A stretch of DNA of 64,000 bases, taken from the IMG/VR virus record IMGVR_UViG_2585428076_000002. The stretch is one strand, 5' to 3'. Both the position numbers and the translations under genes were made by a program. The stretch's first letter is position 1. Every line of letters starts with the position of its first letter. The DNA comes from an uncultured virus (IMG/VR IMGVR_UViG_2585428076_000002) (Duplodnaviria; Heunggongvirae; Uroviricota; Caudoviricetes). This document shows positions 26,682 through 37,120 of the stretch, piece by piece. Under the pieces are notes generated by a model. The model did no database searches, was not told the DNA's origin, and saw only the letters and a program-made list of their open reading frames with translations.

Positions 26682-28538
26682 TTAAGGGAGTTCTTGGAGG
26701 CGGCAGCCGATGCTCGAGTGCGAGTACGACACGCCGTTGCAGTAGACGCAGAACAAACCGCGGTTGGTGTTGCGGCTATAGTAGCCACCAACGAAGAGGC
26801 ACGGGTACGACGAGCCGAAGTACCAGTAATCGCACGAGTACGTGGAATCACTGCCGCTTGCAGCAGTCGGATAGAACATCGGGAACCCGCCAGCCGTAGC
26901 GACATTGAATGCGGACGGATAACCGCTCGACGGCGTACCGACGCTCGTGCCGCCGCTGCTGTCGCTGAAATTGTTGGGATTCAGGATGAGATTCAGCCCG
27001 TTGCCGTTATAGTAACAGCCGTCCATCCAATCCAGCACGTTATCCCACAGGCCCTCTATGTTGCGGTACTGCACACCCACGCCGTAGGTCGTGCGGGAGG
27101 TCTGCATCGTGCCGGTGTGGTAAGGCATACTGTCAGACGCTCCCATATTCTGCACATCGCTGTTGTTGCCGCAGCCGTAGCCGATTTTCGCCTGAGAATT
27201 CCAGTCAGCAAACTCCACGATGTAGAGCAGCCAGATGGTGAACCGCATGGCGAAGTCCATCTGCCAGAAGTTCGCACCGAGGCCGTGAATGCCGGACCTT
27301 GCCGCGCTTCGGGTGATGTTGTTCTTCGGCGACACACCGGTCTTGCTCTTGTAGTCGCTGGCGCAGTGATACCTGCCGATGTAAACAACGTCCCGCTCGC
27401 CACGGCCGTCGCCCCTGTTCATGTGGGCGGGGGAAACCGAGAAGCCAGCGGTCGCTTGGTCTGCGATCTGGATTTTGATGCTGCTGCCGCTCTTGGTGAG
27501 CTTGTACCAGAACTTCGGGATAGCGACCATCGAGTTACCGGAGCGCGTGGTCTTTGTCATTCCTGCCCACGGCTGCAAATTGTCAAACGGCGAGCTGTAA
27601 CTGCCCGCGCCGGCCACATAAGGAACTGGGTCAATAAAGCCGGCGGCTTTATCGGTTCTCGTCCATTTTGTGGTACTCGTGCCGTCCCAGCTTGCGCCGT
27701 AGATATTTACGAAGTTCACCTCGACCCTGCAAGTTTTATCCGTAGGGGCCGTGTGGTTTGTGCCGGCGGCTACCTTTACCGTGATGGTAGCCACACCGGA
27801 GCTTTTTCCTGTGACCGTGATTTTGTTTCCGCTGACGCTGACTTGGGCAATCCCGGAGCTGCCGGAAACGGCAGAAATCGCGCCATCGCCCGCACGGGTT
27901 ACGGTGATTGTCCCGGTCTTCGTTGTGTTGTTCAGCGTCATATTGGTCGGGTTAAGGCTGAGGGAGCCTGCCGCCTTTCCAATCGTCCAGTTCACCGTCT
28001 TCGCGGTCGTAGTCCCGTCTGCCCACTTGTAGTTAGACCCCGGCGTGAAGATTGCGCCGTAGGTTCCCGCATTGGTAGCGGAGTTCGTGCCGCTGATGGA
28101 CATTTTGCCGGTGTCGTAGTCTGTCCATGTAGGAGACTGCGGAGAGCCTGTGTAGGTCAGGCTGCCGTTCGGCGTGGGCGTTGCGATGGACGCTCGGTTG
28201 ATAGTCCACTGAACGGTCTTAGCAGTCTCCGTATCGTCAGACCACTTAAGCCCGGACTTCGGCGTGAACGTCGCCTCATAAGTACCGGCATTCGTGGCCT
28301 GCGTTGTGCCGCCGAGGGTGAGCTTGCTTTCATCGTAATTCAGCCATGTAGGGGACTGCTGGCGGCCCGTAAAGGTCAGCGTCCCGCTTGGGGACGGAAC
28401 GACGTTGATTGTGTTCGTGAGGTCTGTGATGGCCTCAGATGCGGATTCCGCAAGTTCTTTTGCGTCCTGCGCAAGCGCCCTGACCGTTTCCAGCTCAGAC
28501 GCGCTCACGCCGAGGATATTTACAGATCCATACGCCAT
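26682..28538 (-). CDS. DGR target: tail fibre/adhesin with Ig-like repeats and C-terminal C-type-lectin-like variable domain
   Basis: Two ~70 aa repeats (LT.TG..QSPTW...ATNAGTY...WTI); IEGLWDNV.DW and terminal GCRL motif; follows baseplate genes. Confidence 0.9.
   Translation of the reverse strand: MAYGSVNILGVSASELETVRALAQDAKELAESASEAITDLTNTINVVPSPSGTLTFTGRQQSPTWLNYDESKLTLGGTTQATNAGTYEATFTPKSGLKWSDDTETAKTVQWTINRASIATPTPNGSLTYTGSPQSPTWTDYDTGKMSISGTNSATNAGTYGAIFTPGSNYKWADGTTTAKTVNWTIGKAAGSLSLNPTNMTLNNTTKTGTITVTRAGDGAISAVSGSSGIAQVSVSGNKITVTGKSSGVATITVKVAAGTNHTAPTDKTCRVEVNFVNIYGASWDGTSTTKWTRTDKAAGFIDPVPYVAGAGSYSSPFDNLQPWAGMTKTTRSGNSMVAIPKFWYKLTKSGSSIKIQIADQATAGFSVSPAHMNRGDGRGERDVVYIGRYHCASDYKSKTGVSPKNNITRSAARSGIHGLGANFWQMDFAMRFTIWLLYIVEFADWNSQAKIGYGCGNNSDVQNMGASDSMPYHTGTMQTSRTTYGVGVQYRNIEGLWDNVLDWMDGCYYNGNGLNLILNPNNFSDSSGGTSVGTPSSGYPSAFNVATAGGFPMFYPTAASGSDSTYSCDYWYFGSSYPCLFVGGYYSRNTNRGLFCVYCNGVSYSHSSIGCRLQELP
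26700..26836 (-). repeat. DGR variable repeat (VR)
   Basis: Ungapped 137-bp match to TR at the 3' end of the target gene. Confidence 0.97.
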
Positions 28539-28555
28539 GAGTGTTTCCTCCTCTT

Positions 28556-29365
28556 TTAGTTTTCAGGCTCTTTCATAAGAACCACCGTTGCTGTGATTTC
28601 GCTCTCCGGGGCCTTTTCCGCGTAGAGACGGATTCCACCGGAGAGGGTGCGGCACACAGGGTACAGCCCGCACTTCTTCGCCGTTGCAAGCTGTTTCGGC
28701 TGGACGTTGACAATCGGAATCAGTGCCTCCGTCACACTGTCGAGCGGGATGTCCACGTAGTAGACGCCCGCAGGAGCCTCGGACGCCCCGATGTCCCATC
28801 CGGTTTTTGGGATAGTAAGCGACCGCTCCTCAATACTCGAAAGCCCGCCATGCGCAGCAGGGTCGTTGTTGTGCTCTAAAATGGCCTGCTCGACCTCGCC
28901 GATGGTGGCGATGGCCTCCGGGTCAATCACAGCCGTAACCGTGTCCACATCGCCCACCGCAGCGATCAAATCAAATGTTGCGAGTTTCCCCACGACAGAG
29001 CTTGCGGGGCGAATCCACTCAGGCTCATTCTCCAAGCACAGATAGGTGTAGGGGACTTCGCCATCGTCGGGATCTTCCGCGAACAGGACGATGTTCGTCA
29101 GGTAAAAGCCGGATTCAACACTCTCGCTCTTGATGCGGACCGTGACCTGACACTCGCCGTCCACAGGGTTCGATACCGCCGCAATCTGCGCGTCCATCAC
29201 ATACCCGGCAGGGCCTGTCATGGTCTTCGGTGTCAGCCCCTCCGGGATTGTCCCGTTTCCAACGGCGGCTTTTGTGTAGTGCATTTGGCAGCGTCCGGCG
29301 AGGACTTTTCCGATAAGAGCGATACCGGTCAAAGAGCCGTAGCTGCCGTCCTCAAACTTCGACAT
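28556..29365 (-). CDS. Proximal tail fibre / baseplate attachment protein
   Basis: GFYL..I.LFAEDPD.GEV.Y.Y and HNND..AH motifs; position. Confidence 0.7.
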   Translation of the reverse strand: MSKFEDGSYGSLTGIALIGKVLAGRCQMHYTKAAVGNGTIPEGLTPKTMTGPAGYVMDAQIAAVSNPVDGECQVTVRIKSESVESGFYLTNIVLFAEDPDDGEVPYTYLCLENEPEWIRPASSVVGKLATFDLIAAVGDVDTVTAVIDPEAIATIGEVEQAILEHNNDPAAHGGLSSIEERSLTIPKTGWDIGASEAPAGVYYVDIPLDSVTEALIPIVNVQPKQLATAKKCGLYPVCRTLSGGIRLYAEKAPESEITATVVLMKEPEN

Positions 29366-29367
29366 TC

Positions 29368-30138
29368 TTATTCCTCCTTGTCAACTCGTTTGGATTTGAT
29401 TCTGGTGTGGTACACAGCGCCCCCAGCGCCCTCCTGCGTGGCCGTATGCGCCCGGTTCTGCGGCGGGTGGGCCGCAGATACCTCCGTGGGCTGGAACGTG
29501 CCGTAGAGCGTTTTCAGGGTCATTCTGGCGCCCCTGTCCTCTGTAAACGGAGGGGCGCTCTGCTCGGTCGCCGCATATCCGCAGTGCCGCACGACAAGCT
29601 CGTGGCGGTAGGTGCTGTGGGTCCGCAGGTAAAGGCGCAGCCCCACGCCCGCCGCGAGGATTCGCTTGATGGCCTCAGCAATCAAATCCAGCATTTCAAT
29701 GCGCTCCGGGGATAGGAGCTTCTGGTCTACGAACAGCTCGATTTTGGCAGGATAGACCTCATCAAGCATGACTTCGGACACATCCACTTCCAGCAGGGCG
29801 CTTGCCGCCTCGATAACAGTGTTGATGTCGCCGCCGGAAAGCTGCGCCATCAGCTTCACCTTAATCGCCATGCGGTAGAACCTGTCATCAGGGCTGATAC
29901 GAGCAACGCCGAAATTGGCCCCGTACCGGTCGAGGACCGCGCCCTCCGCATAGTCGATGTCCTCCCACAGCTTTATCAGCTCGGTCTGCTCCTCGACGGA
30001 ATCCAGCCCCCATGCGAGGATGGCGAACAGCTTTCCGATGTTCGTCTCAATGGGGAGGTCACGGCGGCGGTTATTGTAGTCTTTTCTCGTGTATGCGCTT
30101 GTCAGCGCGTACAGCATTTCAGAAAGATAGTTCCTCAT
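29368..30138 (-). CDS. Baseplate wedge protein (gpI-like)
   Basis: DIDYAEGAVLDRYG motif; follows baseplate J. Confidence 0.7.
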   Translation of the reverse strand: MRNYLSEMLYALTSAYTRKDYNNRRRDLPIETNIGKLFAILAWGLDSVEEQTELIKLWEDIDYAEGAVLDRYGANFGVARISPDDRFYRMAIKVKLMAQLSGGDINTVIEAASALLEVDVSEVMLDEVYPAKIELFVDQKLLSPERIEMLDLIAEAIKRILAAGVGLRLYLRTHSTYRHELVVRHCGYAATEQSAPPFTEDRGARMTLKTLYGTFQPTEVSAAHPPQNRAHTATQEGAGGAVYHTRIKSKRVDKEE

Positions 30139-31313
30139 TCGACCGTCACCTTGCTTTCGTCAGTGACCGCCTTTTCACGGGCCGCAATCGTGATGTTCTC
30201 ACGGCTGAACACAGAGCCGTTTGAGCTGATTTGCAGGTCGAAGTCAACAACCCCCGGCACTTTAAGCACCTCGGTCGGAAGAGTGACGCAAATCACGTCC
30301 TGCCCGATAGCCATACCGCCTCTCGTGTTGGAGCCGATATACTCAACGATGTTCTGCTTGATACGGTCAATCCCGTCAAGCGGGAACACGCTGTCGGTTT
30401 TCAGGCCGGTGATTTTCACCCAGACGTTCACGGGCGTCGGGCGGCTGAACTTGATTTTGTGCGTCGTGCCGGCAGAGCTTACGACAGAAACGGAAGTGTT
30501 TCCGTAGGTCTGGATGCCCGCCGCCTTTCTGCGGAAGATTGCCCCCGCCACATCTTCATCAAGGCCGCCATAGGCGATAATCTCGATGGAGTGGGGAGGC
30601 AGCCCGCTCTCGCTCTGGACATCGGTATCGTTCTCCTCGCCAGCCACCGCTATGACAGCCTCAACGCTCTCGTAGATCTCAGCGACGATGGCGTCAATAT
30701 TCACGCCGCCCGCAAAGTCCACGGACAGATAGTACCGCTCACGGAACTCCGCATCGGTTTCCGTATTTCTGCCGCCCTCGAACGCAGAGGCGTTCGTGAC
30801 GGCTTCGATGCCGCTCATGGGGTTTACGATATTGGTGATGGTGTTCTTCTCCGTATTCCCGTCAGGCCCCGGCACAACAGCGGTCGCGGAAAGAGTGACG
30901 CTCCCACTGGTTATCACGCCGGATTGCAGGGTAATGTACTGCTCGCCGGCAGTCGTTTCAGCAAGGTAGCCCTCCGGGACCTCCACGCCGTCCTCGCCGG
31001 TAAAGGTCAGGTAGCCGACCGCTTTCTGCGCTCCGAGGAGCTTCAAGCCGATTGCTCGCCCGAGGTTATAGAGGCTCGTCCCGACAGCCGTGTCAATGAA
31101 CCGGCTGTTATACACATCTTCCAGCGTGGAGAACAAGAGGTTCAGCATCCAAGCGTAGATGCGCAGGAACACGCCGAGCGGGGAGCGAACAGTCAGGTTT
31201 GCCCGCGACCCGTACAGCTCGCGAGCTTTGTATTCCAGAGCGTCCAGCAGCTCCGCGTATGTGGGGCGTCTGAAACCAGCGTCCGTCAAGCCCCAATCTG
31301 TGGTCTTCGCCAT
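30135..31313 (-). CDS. Baseplate J-like protein
   Basis: GGRNTETDAEFRER, LPPHSI, AAGIQTYG. Confidence 0.9.
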   Translation of the reverse strand: MAKTTDWGLTDAGFRRPTYAELLDALEYKARELYGSRANLTVRSPLGVFLRIYAWMLNLLFSTLEDVYNSRFIDTAVGTSLYNLGRAIGLKLLGAQKAVGYLTFTGEDGVEVPEGYLAETTAGEQYITLQSGVITSGSVTLSATAVVPGPDGNTEKNTITNIVNPMSGIEAVTNASAFEGGRNTETDAEFRERYYLSVDFAGGVNIDAIVAEIYESVEAVIAVAGEENDTDVQSESGLPPHSIEIIAYGGLDEDVAGAIFRRKAAGIQTYGNTSVSVVSSAGTTHKIKFSRPTPVNVWVKITGLKTDSVFPLDGIDRIKQNIVEYIGSNTRGGMAIGQDVICVTLPTEVLKVPGVVDFDLQISSNGSVFSRENITIAAREKAVTDESKVTVE

Positions 31314-31681
31314 TATGCCGTCACCTCCAATGCTATTTTCTCGCCATCCGACAGGGTGGCGGTGAGTTCAACAGTTATTGTCCGTCCCTCGTAGGAGACG
31401 GAGATTGAATCAATCTGAGACACATCGGGGTCCTGAAACACAGCCTCCCGAATGACCTCTTTTATCTCGTCATCGTCAACGTCGTTCATGCTCTGGCCGA
31501 CGATGCTCTCATAATCAGTGCCGTGCGTCTCATCAGCGAAGAACTCCGCTTTCCACGCAAGGAGCGTGTGACGCACGTTTTGGACGGTGGTGTCGTCCCC
31601 GTATATCTTCTTGAACGACCCGTCGGTGTCAAACACCAAATCCCTTGATTCCGGGTCGATAAGCAGTGTCATGTTATCCAT
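31313..31681 (-). CDS. Baseplate/sheath initiator (gp25/W-like)
   Basis: EFFADETHGTDY motif; size and position. Confidence 0.7.
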   Translation of the reverse strand: MDNMTLLIDPESRDLVFDTDGSFKKIYGDDTTVQNVRHTLLAWKAEFFADETHGTDYESIVGQSMNDVDDDEIKEVIREAVFQDPDVSQIDSISVSYEGRTITVELTATLSDGEKIALEVTA

Positions 31682-31690
31682 ACTGCCTCC

Positions 31691-32323
31691 TTATCCGGGC
31701 TGCCCCGTTCTACCTCCCGAATCTCCGGGGTGCGTGTGGTGGGCGCCGCTTATGCTGCTCTCGGCAAGGACATCGCCGGCAGCGGTCATGTTGCCAGCCG
31801 CGCTTATGTTGCCCGAGCTGTCCACGTTCCCCGTCACGGTCAGGTCCCCTTTTATCGCAACCCCTGCCGCAGATACCGCCACGTAGACGCTGCCGTTTTC
31901 AGCGGCGAGGACAAGGCTGTCTGACGGAAGACCGGAGGACGAGTAGCTGCCAGCCACGATTGCGCCGATGAAAATAGCGTCCGTCGTGGCATGGTTGCGC
32001 TCCGTGAGGGGCTTGGCCTCCTTGCCACCCGTAACGGTGCTGTCCATGTCGTGGTCGAGGTAGACCACCACGCCGGTATCTCCCGCCTTTATCCACGGCC
32101 TTGTGATAAACCCGCCGCAGCGGGTACACGCCACAGGTACGCCCAAAATAGGCGGCTGGCTTTCATACTTCCCGTTCTGCAAATGCTTCGAGAGCGGCTG
32201 AACGTCCACCGTCATCTTCGCGGGGTCAAACGCCACGACCTTGACGGTAGCCGCCACGCAGATGGATTCCGCAAGCCGCTTGTCGTGGATCTGCTGGTAT
32301 TCGTATTCGTTGATAGCGGACAT
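31691..32323 (-). CDS. Baseplate spike (Gp138/gpV-like)
   Basis: TVDVQPL..VPV, beta-helix repeats, terminal HHTHPG metal motif. Confidence 0.85.
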   Translation of the reverse strand: MSAINEYEYQQIHDKRLAESICVAATVKVVAFDPAKMTVDVQPLSKHLQNGKYESQPPILGVPVACTRCGGFITRPWIKAGDTGVVVYLDHDMDSTVTGGKEAKPLTERNHATTDAIFIGAIVAGSYSSSGLPSDSLVLAAENGSVYVAVSAAGVAIKGDLTVTGNVDSSGNISAAGNMTAAGDVLAESSISGAHHTHPGDSGGRTGQPG

Positions 32324-32338
32324 TCCGCAGCTCCTTTC

Positions 32339-33181
32339 TCAATAAGGTTTCAGCTCCATCGAAGTTTCCCAATCGCCCGTTCTGCCGCCCTTGTGGGAGC
32401 CTTTCACCACGATGAAACGGCCATTCAGGTTGCTCGACTGGATTTTCACCACCTCGGCGGTGGCTATCCGATAATTGAGCAGGCAGGAGCGGGAGATGGT
32501 GTCATCGTCCCGGTCCTCGCCGGTTTTCTGGGAGTTCAGGTCAGTCTCATACGGTATCGCCACTTTCTCCTCATCAGCCCTCAGCAGGCCGGTAGCGGAG
32601 GTGAGGGTCACGCCGTTGTTGATGCCGTCGTCCGCTTTGGTGATGTAGATTTGCCCTGTCGCCCGGATGATGAACCGGCTCTTGCACTCGTTCACCACAA
32701 TCTCTGTCAGAACCTGCTTCAAATTTCCCCGGCACACCCGCCCTCGCGGGTAGCTGATGTCCTCGGTCAGCTCGCACTTGGACACCTCCACGCCGAAGAT
32801 GTTCAGCAGGTCGCGCACGATGGCAGACGCCTTTATCCCTTTTGCATAGGTCTTGTTTATCAGGCTGCCGAGTATCTCGTCAGCGCACGGCTGTACCGTC
32901 AGGGTTGAGGTCCAGTCGGTGTTGGCCTGCTTGTGTTTCAGGCCGACCACTTTCCCGATGAGGATGCAGCCGACATCGCCCTCATATCCGGCGTTCAGCA
33001 CAACAGGGTCGTTTTTCTTGATGCCAGCTCTCGTGGCTGCGGAAAGGTTTGTGACCTTTACCGTCGCCACAGGCGGCTCGTCGCTGTCCTCAAACGGGAT
33101 TTCAAAGGTGAAATTCAGGCCGCCGAGGGAATACTGCTTGTTGCCGATGGTAAGCGTTGCGTCCCTGATCCAGAATGCCAT
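32339..33181 (-). CDS. Baseplate hub protein
   Basis: VTNLS...VVLNAGYEG motif; position. Confidence 0.75.
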   Translation of the reverse strand: MAFWIRDATLTIGNKQYSLGGLNFTFEIPFEDSDEPPVATVKVTNLSAATRAGIKKNDPVVLNAGYEGDVGCILIGKVVGLKHKQANTDWTSTLTVQPCADEILGSLINKTYAKGIKASAIVRDLLNIFGVEVSKCELTEDISYPRGRVCRGNLKQVLTEIVVNECKSRFIIRATGQIYITKADDGINNGVTLTSATGLLRADEEKVAIPYETDLNSQKTGEDRDDDTISRSCLLNYRIATAEVVKIQSSNLNGRFIVVKGSHKGGRTGDWETSMELKPY

Positions 33182-33182
33182 G

Positions 33183-33539
33183 TTACTGCACCGTCCTTTC
33201 CCTGAGATACAGCTTCACGTCTTTCCCGAAGTTCTCTTTTGTGACTTCCGAAATGCTGTCTCCCGTAATGCACAAGGGGATGATAACCGGTATCGGGAAC
33301 CGCTCGTCCTCCACCACGTTGAACAGCGGGCGGGCATAGCGGACGATTTCACCGAACACGAGGACATTCCCGTTTGCGTCAAGCAGGTCTATCGTATAGA
33401 ACCCACCGGTGTCATTGTACTTGACCGTAAAACTGAACGTCTTGTCGGTCAGCTTGATGGAGAATGAGTACGGCACTTTCGATGCGTCGATGTTGATGTA
33501 CTCAATATCTTCATTCAGGTCAATCAGTTGCAGCGCCAT
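33183..33539 (-). CDS. Baseplate plug-like protein
   Basis: 118 aa; synteny in contractile-tail modules. Confidence 0.6.
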   Translation of the reverse strand: MALQLIDLNEDIEYINIDASKVPYSFSIKLTDKTFSFTVKYNDTGGFYTIDLLDANGNVLVFGEIVRYARPLFNVVEDERFPIPVIIPLCITGDSISEVTKENFGKDVKLYLRERTVQ

Positions 33540-33552
33540 ACCTCACACCTCC

Positions 33553-34149
33553 TCAACGCCGCACCAGACCGTCGTATCCGCCGGTGAGCCGCGTGAGCGG
33601 GGCGGCGCTGCCGCCCGATACGTTCACGGACCTCAGCGCCGCCGCAGCGGTAGAGCTTACGGACTGGATAGCCAAAATCGCCATGCCCGTGCTCACCGTT
33701 CTGGCAAGCTGCGGGTTCTGGCTTTTCCCCGCGTCTTGGCTCGTCATAGCAAGCTCGGCGTCCATCGGAACAAACTCCGATGAAGTCATCTGCACCTGCT
33801 TGAGCGTGGCCGAAAAAGACGCGCCGTGCCGGTTTTTATAAGACCGGTCAAACTTTAAGCTGGTGAAAACGAGATTGTTCATCCGCGTTACGCCGATGTA
33901 TGTGATAACGTCCCGGCGGTCACGCATGGACTTTAGGGCGTTGATTGCCCCGTCGCCCCCGATAATCGTGCCGGAGATGTTCAGCGTACCAGCCGCATTG
34001 TTCACATGGTCGTCGATGTCAGCCCCGTCCTCCACGGGGTTGGAGGTGACGGAGCTGCTGTAACTCTCGCTTTCCTTTTCAATTACGCCGTTTTCGAGCG
34101 GGATGAAACGGACCGTGCCGCCTTTTCTCCCTCTCAGCACATACGCCAT
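33553..34149 (-). CDS. Tail tube initiator / Dit-like protein
   Basis: SSVTSNPVEDGADIDDHV motif after the tape measure gene. Confidence 0.7.
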   Translation of the reverse strand: MAYVLRGRKGGTVRFIPLENGVIEKESESYSSSVTSNPVEDGADIDDHVNNAAGTLNISGTIIGGDGAINALKSMRDRRDVITYIGVTRMNNLVFTSLKFDRSYKNRHGASFSATLKQVQMTSSEFVPMDAELAMTSQDAGKSQNPQLARTVSTGMAILAIQSVSSTAAAALRSVNVSGGSAAPLTRLTGGYDGLVRR

Positions 34150-34164
34150 TCTCAATCCCTCCTA

Positions 34165-36912
34165 TCAGTAAGCGTATTGGTTTTTAAGCACCATTCGCTC
34201 GCGCTCCTCCTCCCGGAACTCGTTATACAGCTCACGGACGGTATCGCGCAGCGAGGTTTTCAGGTTCTCCGTGGATTCCTCATCCGCGTTGCCCTGAACG
34301 ATGACGGTAATCTGCGGAGCAAACGCAGGACTGCTGCCGCCACCGCCGCCGGGAACCGGATCTGGGTCTGGGACATCGACGTGCGTACCGTCACCGTCTC
34401 CGTCCTCCGTATTCGGGTCGGGCGGGTCAAAGTCGCCCACCACCGGCGTGACAGAATATGTGGCGTCAGCCACCACAGGAGCGGGAGCGTCGCCTACAAT
34501 CGGGTTCACCTTGAAAGCGGCGTTTGCGGGACCGTTGATTGCGGGCATATCGAACTTGGTCGGAATGGCGTTCTCAATGTCTTTTGTCACGCCACCCATT
34601 GTGTTCTCAAAGCCCTGCCCAAGACCAGCGGCCATGTTGTTGCCGATGCCGGCGAACACACGGGACGGGCTGTGGATTCCCAAAAAGCCCTTAACGCCGT
34701 CAACGATTCCACTAAAGAACCCTGTTACCTTGTCTTTAATCCATCCTGCCATAGCCGTGATACCGTCCCAGATACCTCGCACGATATTCTTACCGACTTC
34801 AACGATAGAGCCAATCAGCGCCCCGATGCCATTTACGATGGCAGAAATAATCTGCGGCAGCTGCGCCACCAGCTGCGGGATGGCCTGAATGATACCTGCT
34901 GCCAGCTGGATGAGGACGTTCACACCGGTTTCAAGAATGGCCGGCAGATTCCCGCTGATGAACTCCACGATGGATGTGATGATAATGGGTAACTGTTCAA
35001 CCAGAATCGGGATTGCGTTGATGATACCGTTCACGAGCATCAGGATAATCTGCGCGCCCTGTTCCAAGAGGATTGGCAGGCTCTCCGTCAGGAACGTCAG
35101 GATGCCCTCAATAAGCAGCGGGAGCTGCTCAATGAGCATCGGTATTGCCTCGATGATACCCTGCGCCAGCCCCATCAGGAGCTGCATACCCGCCTCCATG
35201 AGCAGAGGGGCGTTCTCTATCAGGGTGTTCACCGCAGACATCAAGCCCTCGATGATGGTCGGAATCAACGTCGGCAGGGAATCGCCGAGGCCAGTCGCCA
35301 GATTAGCCACAATCTGAACCGCTGCCTCTGCAAACATGGGCAGCAGATCACCGATTGCTCCGATAAGGCTGTCCACCAGATTAACCGCCGCATCCACAAT
35401 CAGCGGGACGTTTTCAAGCAGCGTCTCCGCAATAAGGGAAATAGCGTCTACCGCCACGGGAATAAGCTGCGGCAGCAGGGCGATAATGGACGTAAGCACC
35501 TGACCGAACACGCTGCCCGCCGTGCTCACAAGGGTGGGCAAAAGCGAACCTATCGCCGGTATAACCTTGCTTATTGCGTCAGGCAGGGCAGCAGCAAGGT
35601 TTTCAACTACGGGCGTGACATTTTTCACCACGTTCCCGAAGCTGTCCACCACATTATCGACGAGCATTCCGATGTCGGCATTTGCGTTACCGAGGCCGGC
35701 AAGCAGGTTCCCGATTGCCGACTTTGTACTGGAAATAGAACCGGCAATCGTTTCCGACGCCTCTAACGCCGTCGTGCCGGCAATCCCCATATCCTCTTGG
35801 ATAATGTGAATGGCCTCGGTTATATCTGCGAAATTGGAGATGTCGAACTTCTTACCGGACAGCTTCTCCGCGTCACTCAGCAGCCGCTCCATTTCCTCTT
35901 GCGTACCGCTGTAACCGAGCTTGAGGTTGTCCAGCATGGTGAAGTTCTGCATGGAGAATCCACGGTACGCGTTCTGGATAAGCTCAAGGTCTGTACCCAT
36001 TTTGTTCGCGTTGTCGGACATATCCACAATCGCGCTGTTCGCATAGGATGCAGCCTTGTCAGTGTCGTTGCCGAGAGACTTAATCAGGCTGGCAGAAAAG
36101 CTCGTGGTGAGTTCCATGTACTGGTTCGCTGACATACCAGCGGTAGCGTAGGCATTCGCCGCATTTGCCTGTACCGTCTGAGAGGCTTTGCCGAACAGAG
36201 TATCAATACCGCCGACAAGCTGCTCATAATCGGAATAGGCAGACACGACCTGCACACCGAGCGCCACAGCTCCTGCGGCGGCAGCTGCGGAAACACCCGC
36301 GATAGCAGCCCCCGCACCTTTCAGAACGCCGCCGAGCTTTTCAAACTTGCCGCCGGATTCCTCGGCAGCCTCGCCGAGATTGGAAACATCCTGTCTGGCG
36401 CCGCCGGCAGAACCGCCCATGTCGTCTGTTGCGGTGGCGGCCCGTTCTGCGTTTCTGATGTAGTCAGTGAACCTGTCCTTTGCGGACTGAATCGCGTTGC
36501 CCAGCCCGTTTCGGATTGTAGAAATCGGGTGCGCAAAACCATTTGCGATGTTCTGCGCACCCGATACAACATTTTCTCTAAAGGCGTTTGCTTGCCCCAT
36601 TACATAGGAGAAAGCCCCGCCGACGCCGGAACGCAGGGAGGAGGAAAAGGTATTTCCTCCATCCACGCCGGCAAGGAAAGAACTGCGGAACGCCGAGCCT
36701 ACGCTGCTGGCCTGCGACTGCAAACCGCCGAGATTGCTCGTGACATTTCGGATGCTCGAATCAGCCTGAGAGCTATCCGCACTGATATTGATTCTGCCGC
36801 CGCTGCCCTGCAAGCCACCAAGACTGCTCGTGACGTTGCGAATGCTGGCTTCTGCCTGCGACGTGTTTGCGCGTACATTTATGCTGTACGATACACTGCG
36901 GGCTTCATCCAC
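34165..36912 (-). CDS. Tail tape measure protein
   Basis: 915 aa, Ala/Gly-rich, amphipathic repeats, GIHSPSRVF motif. Confidence 0.9.
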   Translation of the reverse strand: MDEARSVSYSINVRANTSQAEASIRNVTSSLGGLQGSGGRINISADSSQADSSIRNVTSNLGGLQSQASSVGSAFRSSFLAGVDGGNTFSSSLRSGVGGAFSYVMGQANAFRENVVSGAQNIANGFAHPISTIRNGLGNAIQSAKDRFTDYIRNAERAATATDDMGGSAGGARQDVSNLGEAAEESGGKFEKLGGVLKGAGAAIAGVSAAAAAGAVALGVQVVSAYSDYEQLVGGIDTLFGKASQTVQANAANAYATAGMSANQYMELTTSFSASLIKSLGNDTDKAASYANSAIVDMSDNANKMGTDLELIQNAYRGFSMQNFTMLDNLKLGYSGTQEEMERLLSDAEKLSGKKFDISNFADITEAIHIIQEDMGIAGTTALEASETIAGSISSTKSAIGNLLAGLGNANADIGMLVDNVVDSFGNVVKNVTPVVENLAAALPDAISKVIPAIGSLLPTLVSTAGSVFGQVLTSIIALLPQLIPVAVDAISLIAETLLENVPLIVDAAVNLVDSLIGAIGDLLPMFAEAAVQIVANLATGLGDSLPTLIPTIIEGLMSAVNTLIENAPLLMEAGMQLLMGLAQGIIEAIPMLIEQLPLLIEGILTFLTESLPILLEQGAQIILMLVNGIINAIPILVEQLPIIITSIVEFISGNLPAILETGVNVLIQLAAGIIQAIPQLVAQLPQIISAIVNGIGALIGSIVEVGKNIVRGIWDGITAMAGWIKDKVTGFFSGIVDGVKGFLGIHSPSRVFAGIGNNMAAGLGQGFENTMGGVTKDIENAIPTKFDMPAINGPANAAFKVNPIVGDAPAPVVADATYSVTPVVGDFDPPDPNTEDGDGDGTHVDVPDPDPVPGGGGGSSPAFAPQITVIVQGNADEESTENLKTSLRDTVRELYNEFREEERERMVLKNQYAY

Positions 36913-36927
36913 AGTTCATCCCTCCTC

Positions 36928-37120
36928 TCAATCTTTCTTGTTCCATTCGTCCTGCCAGAGCAGGCGGGCCTGTTCGGTCTCGGAGAACTCATACAGATCC
37001 ATCTCTTTAAGCTCCGAATAGGTCACGCCGCCCATGCAGAACACAAGCCGCCAAAACCGCTCGTTTTTACGAGCGCGGCTTTTAGCGGCCTTGCAGTTTA
37101 GTTCGTTCGCTAAGAAAGGA
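36928..37120 (-). CDS. Probable frameshift extension of the tail assembly chaperone (gpT-like)
   Basis: Overlapping +1 frame ORF ending just before the tape measure RBS; no clear start of its own. Confidence 0.5.
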
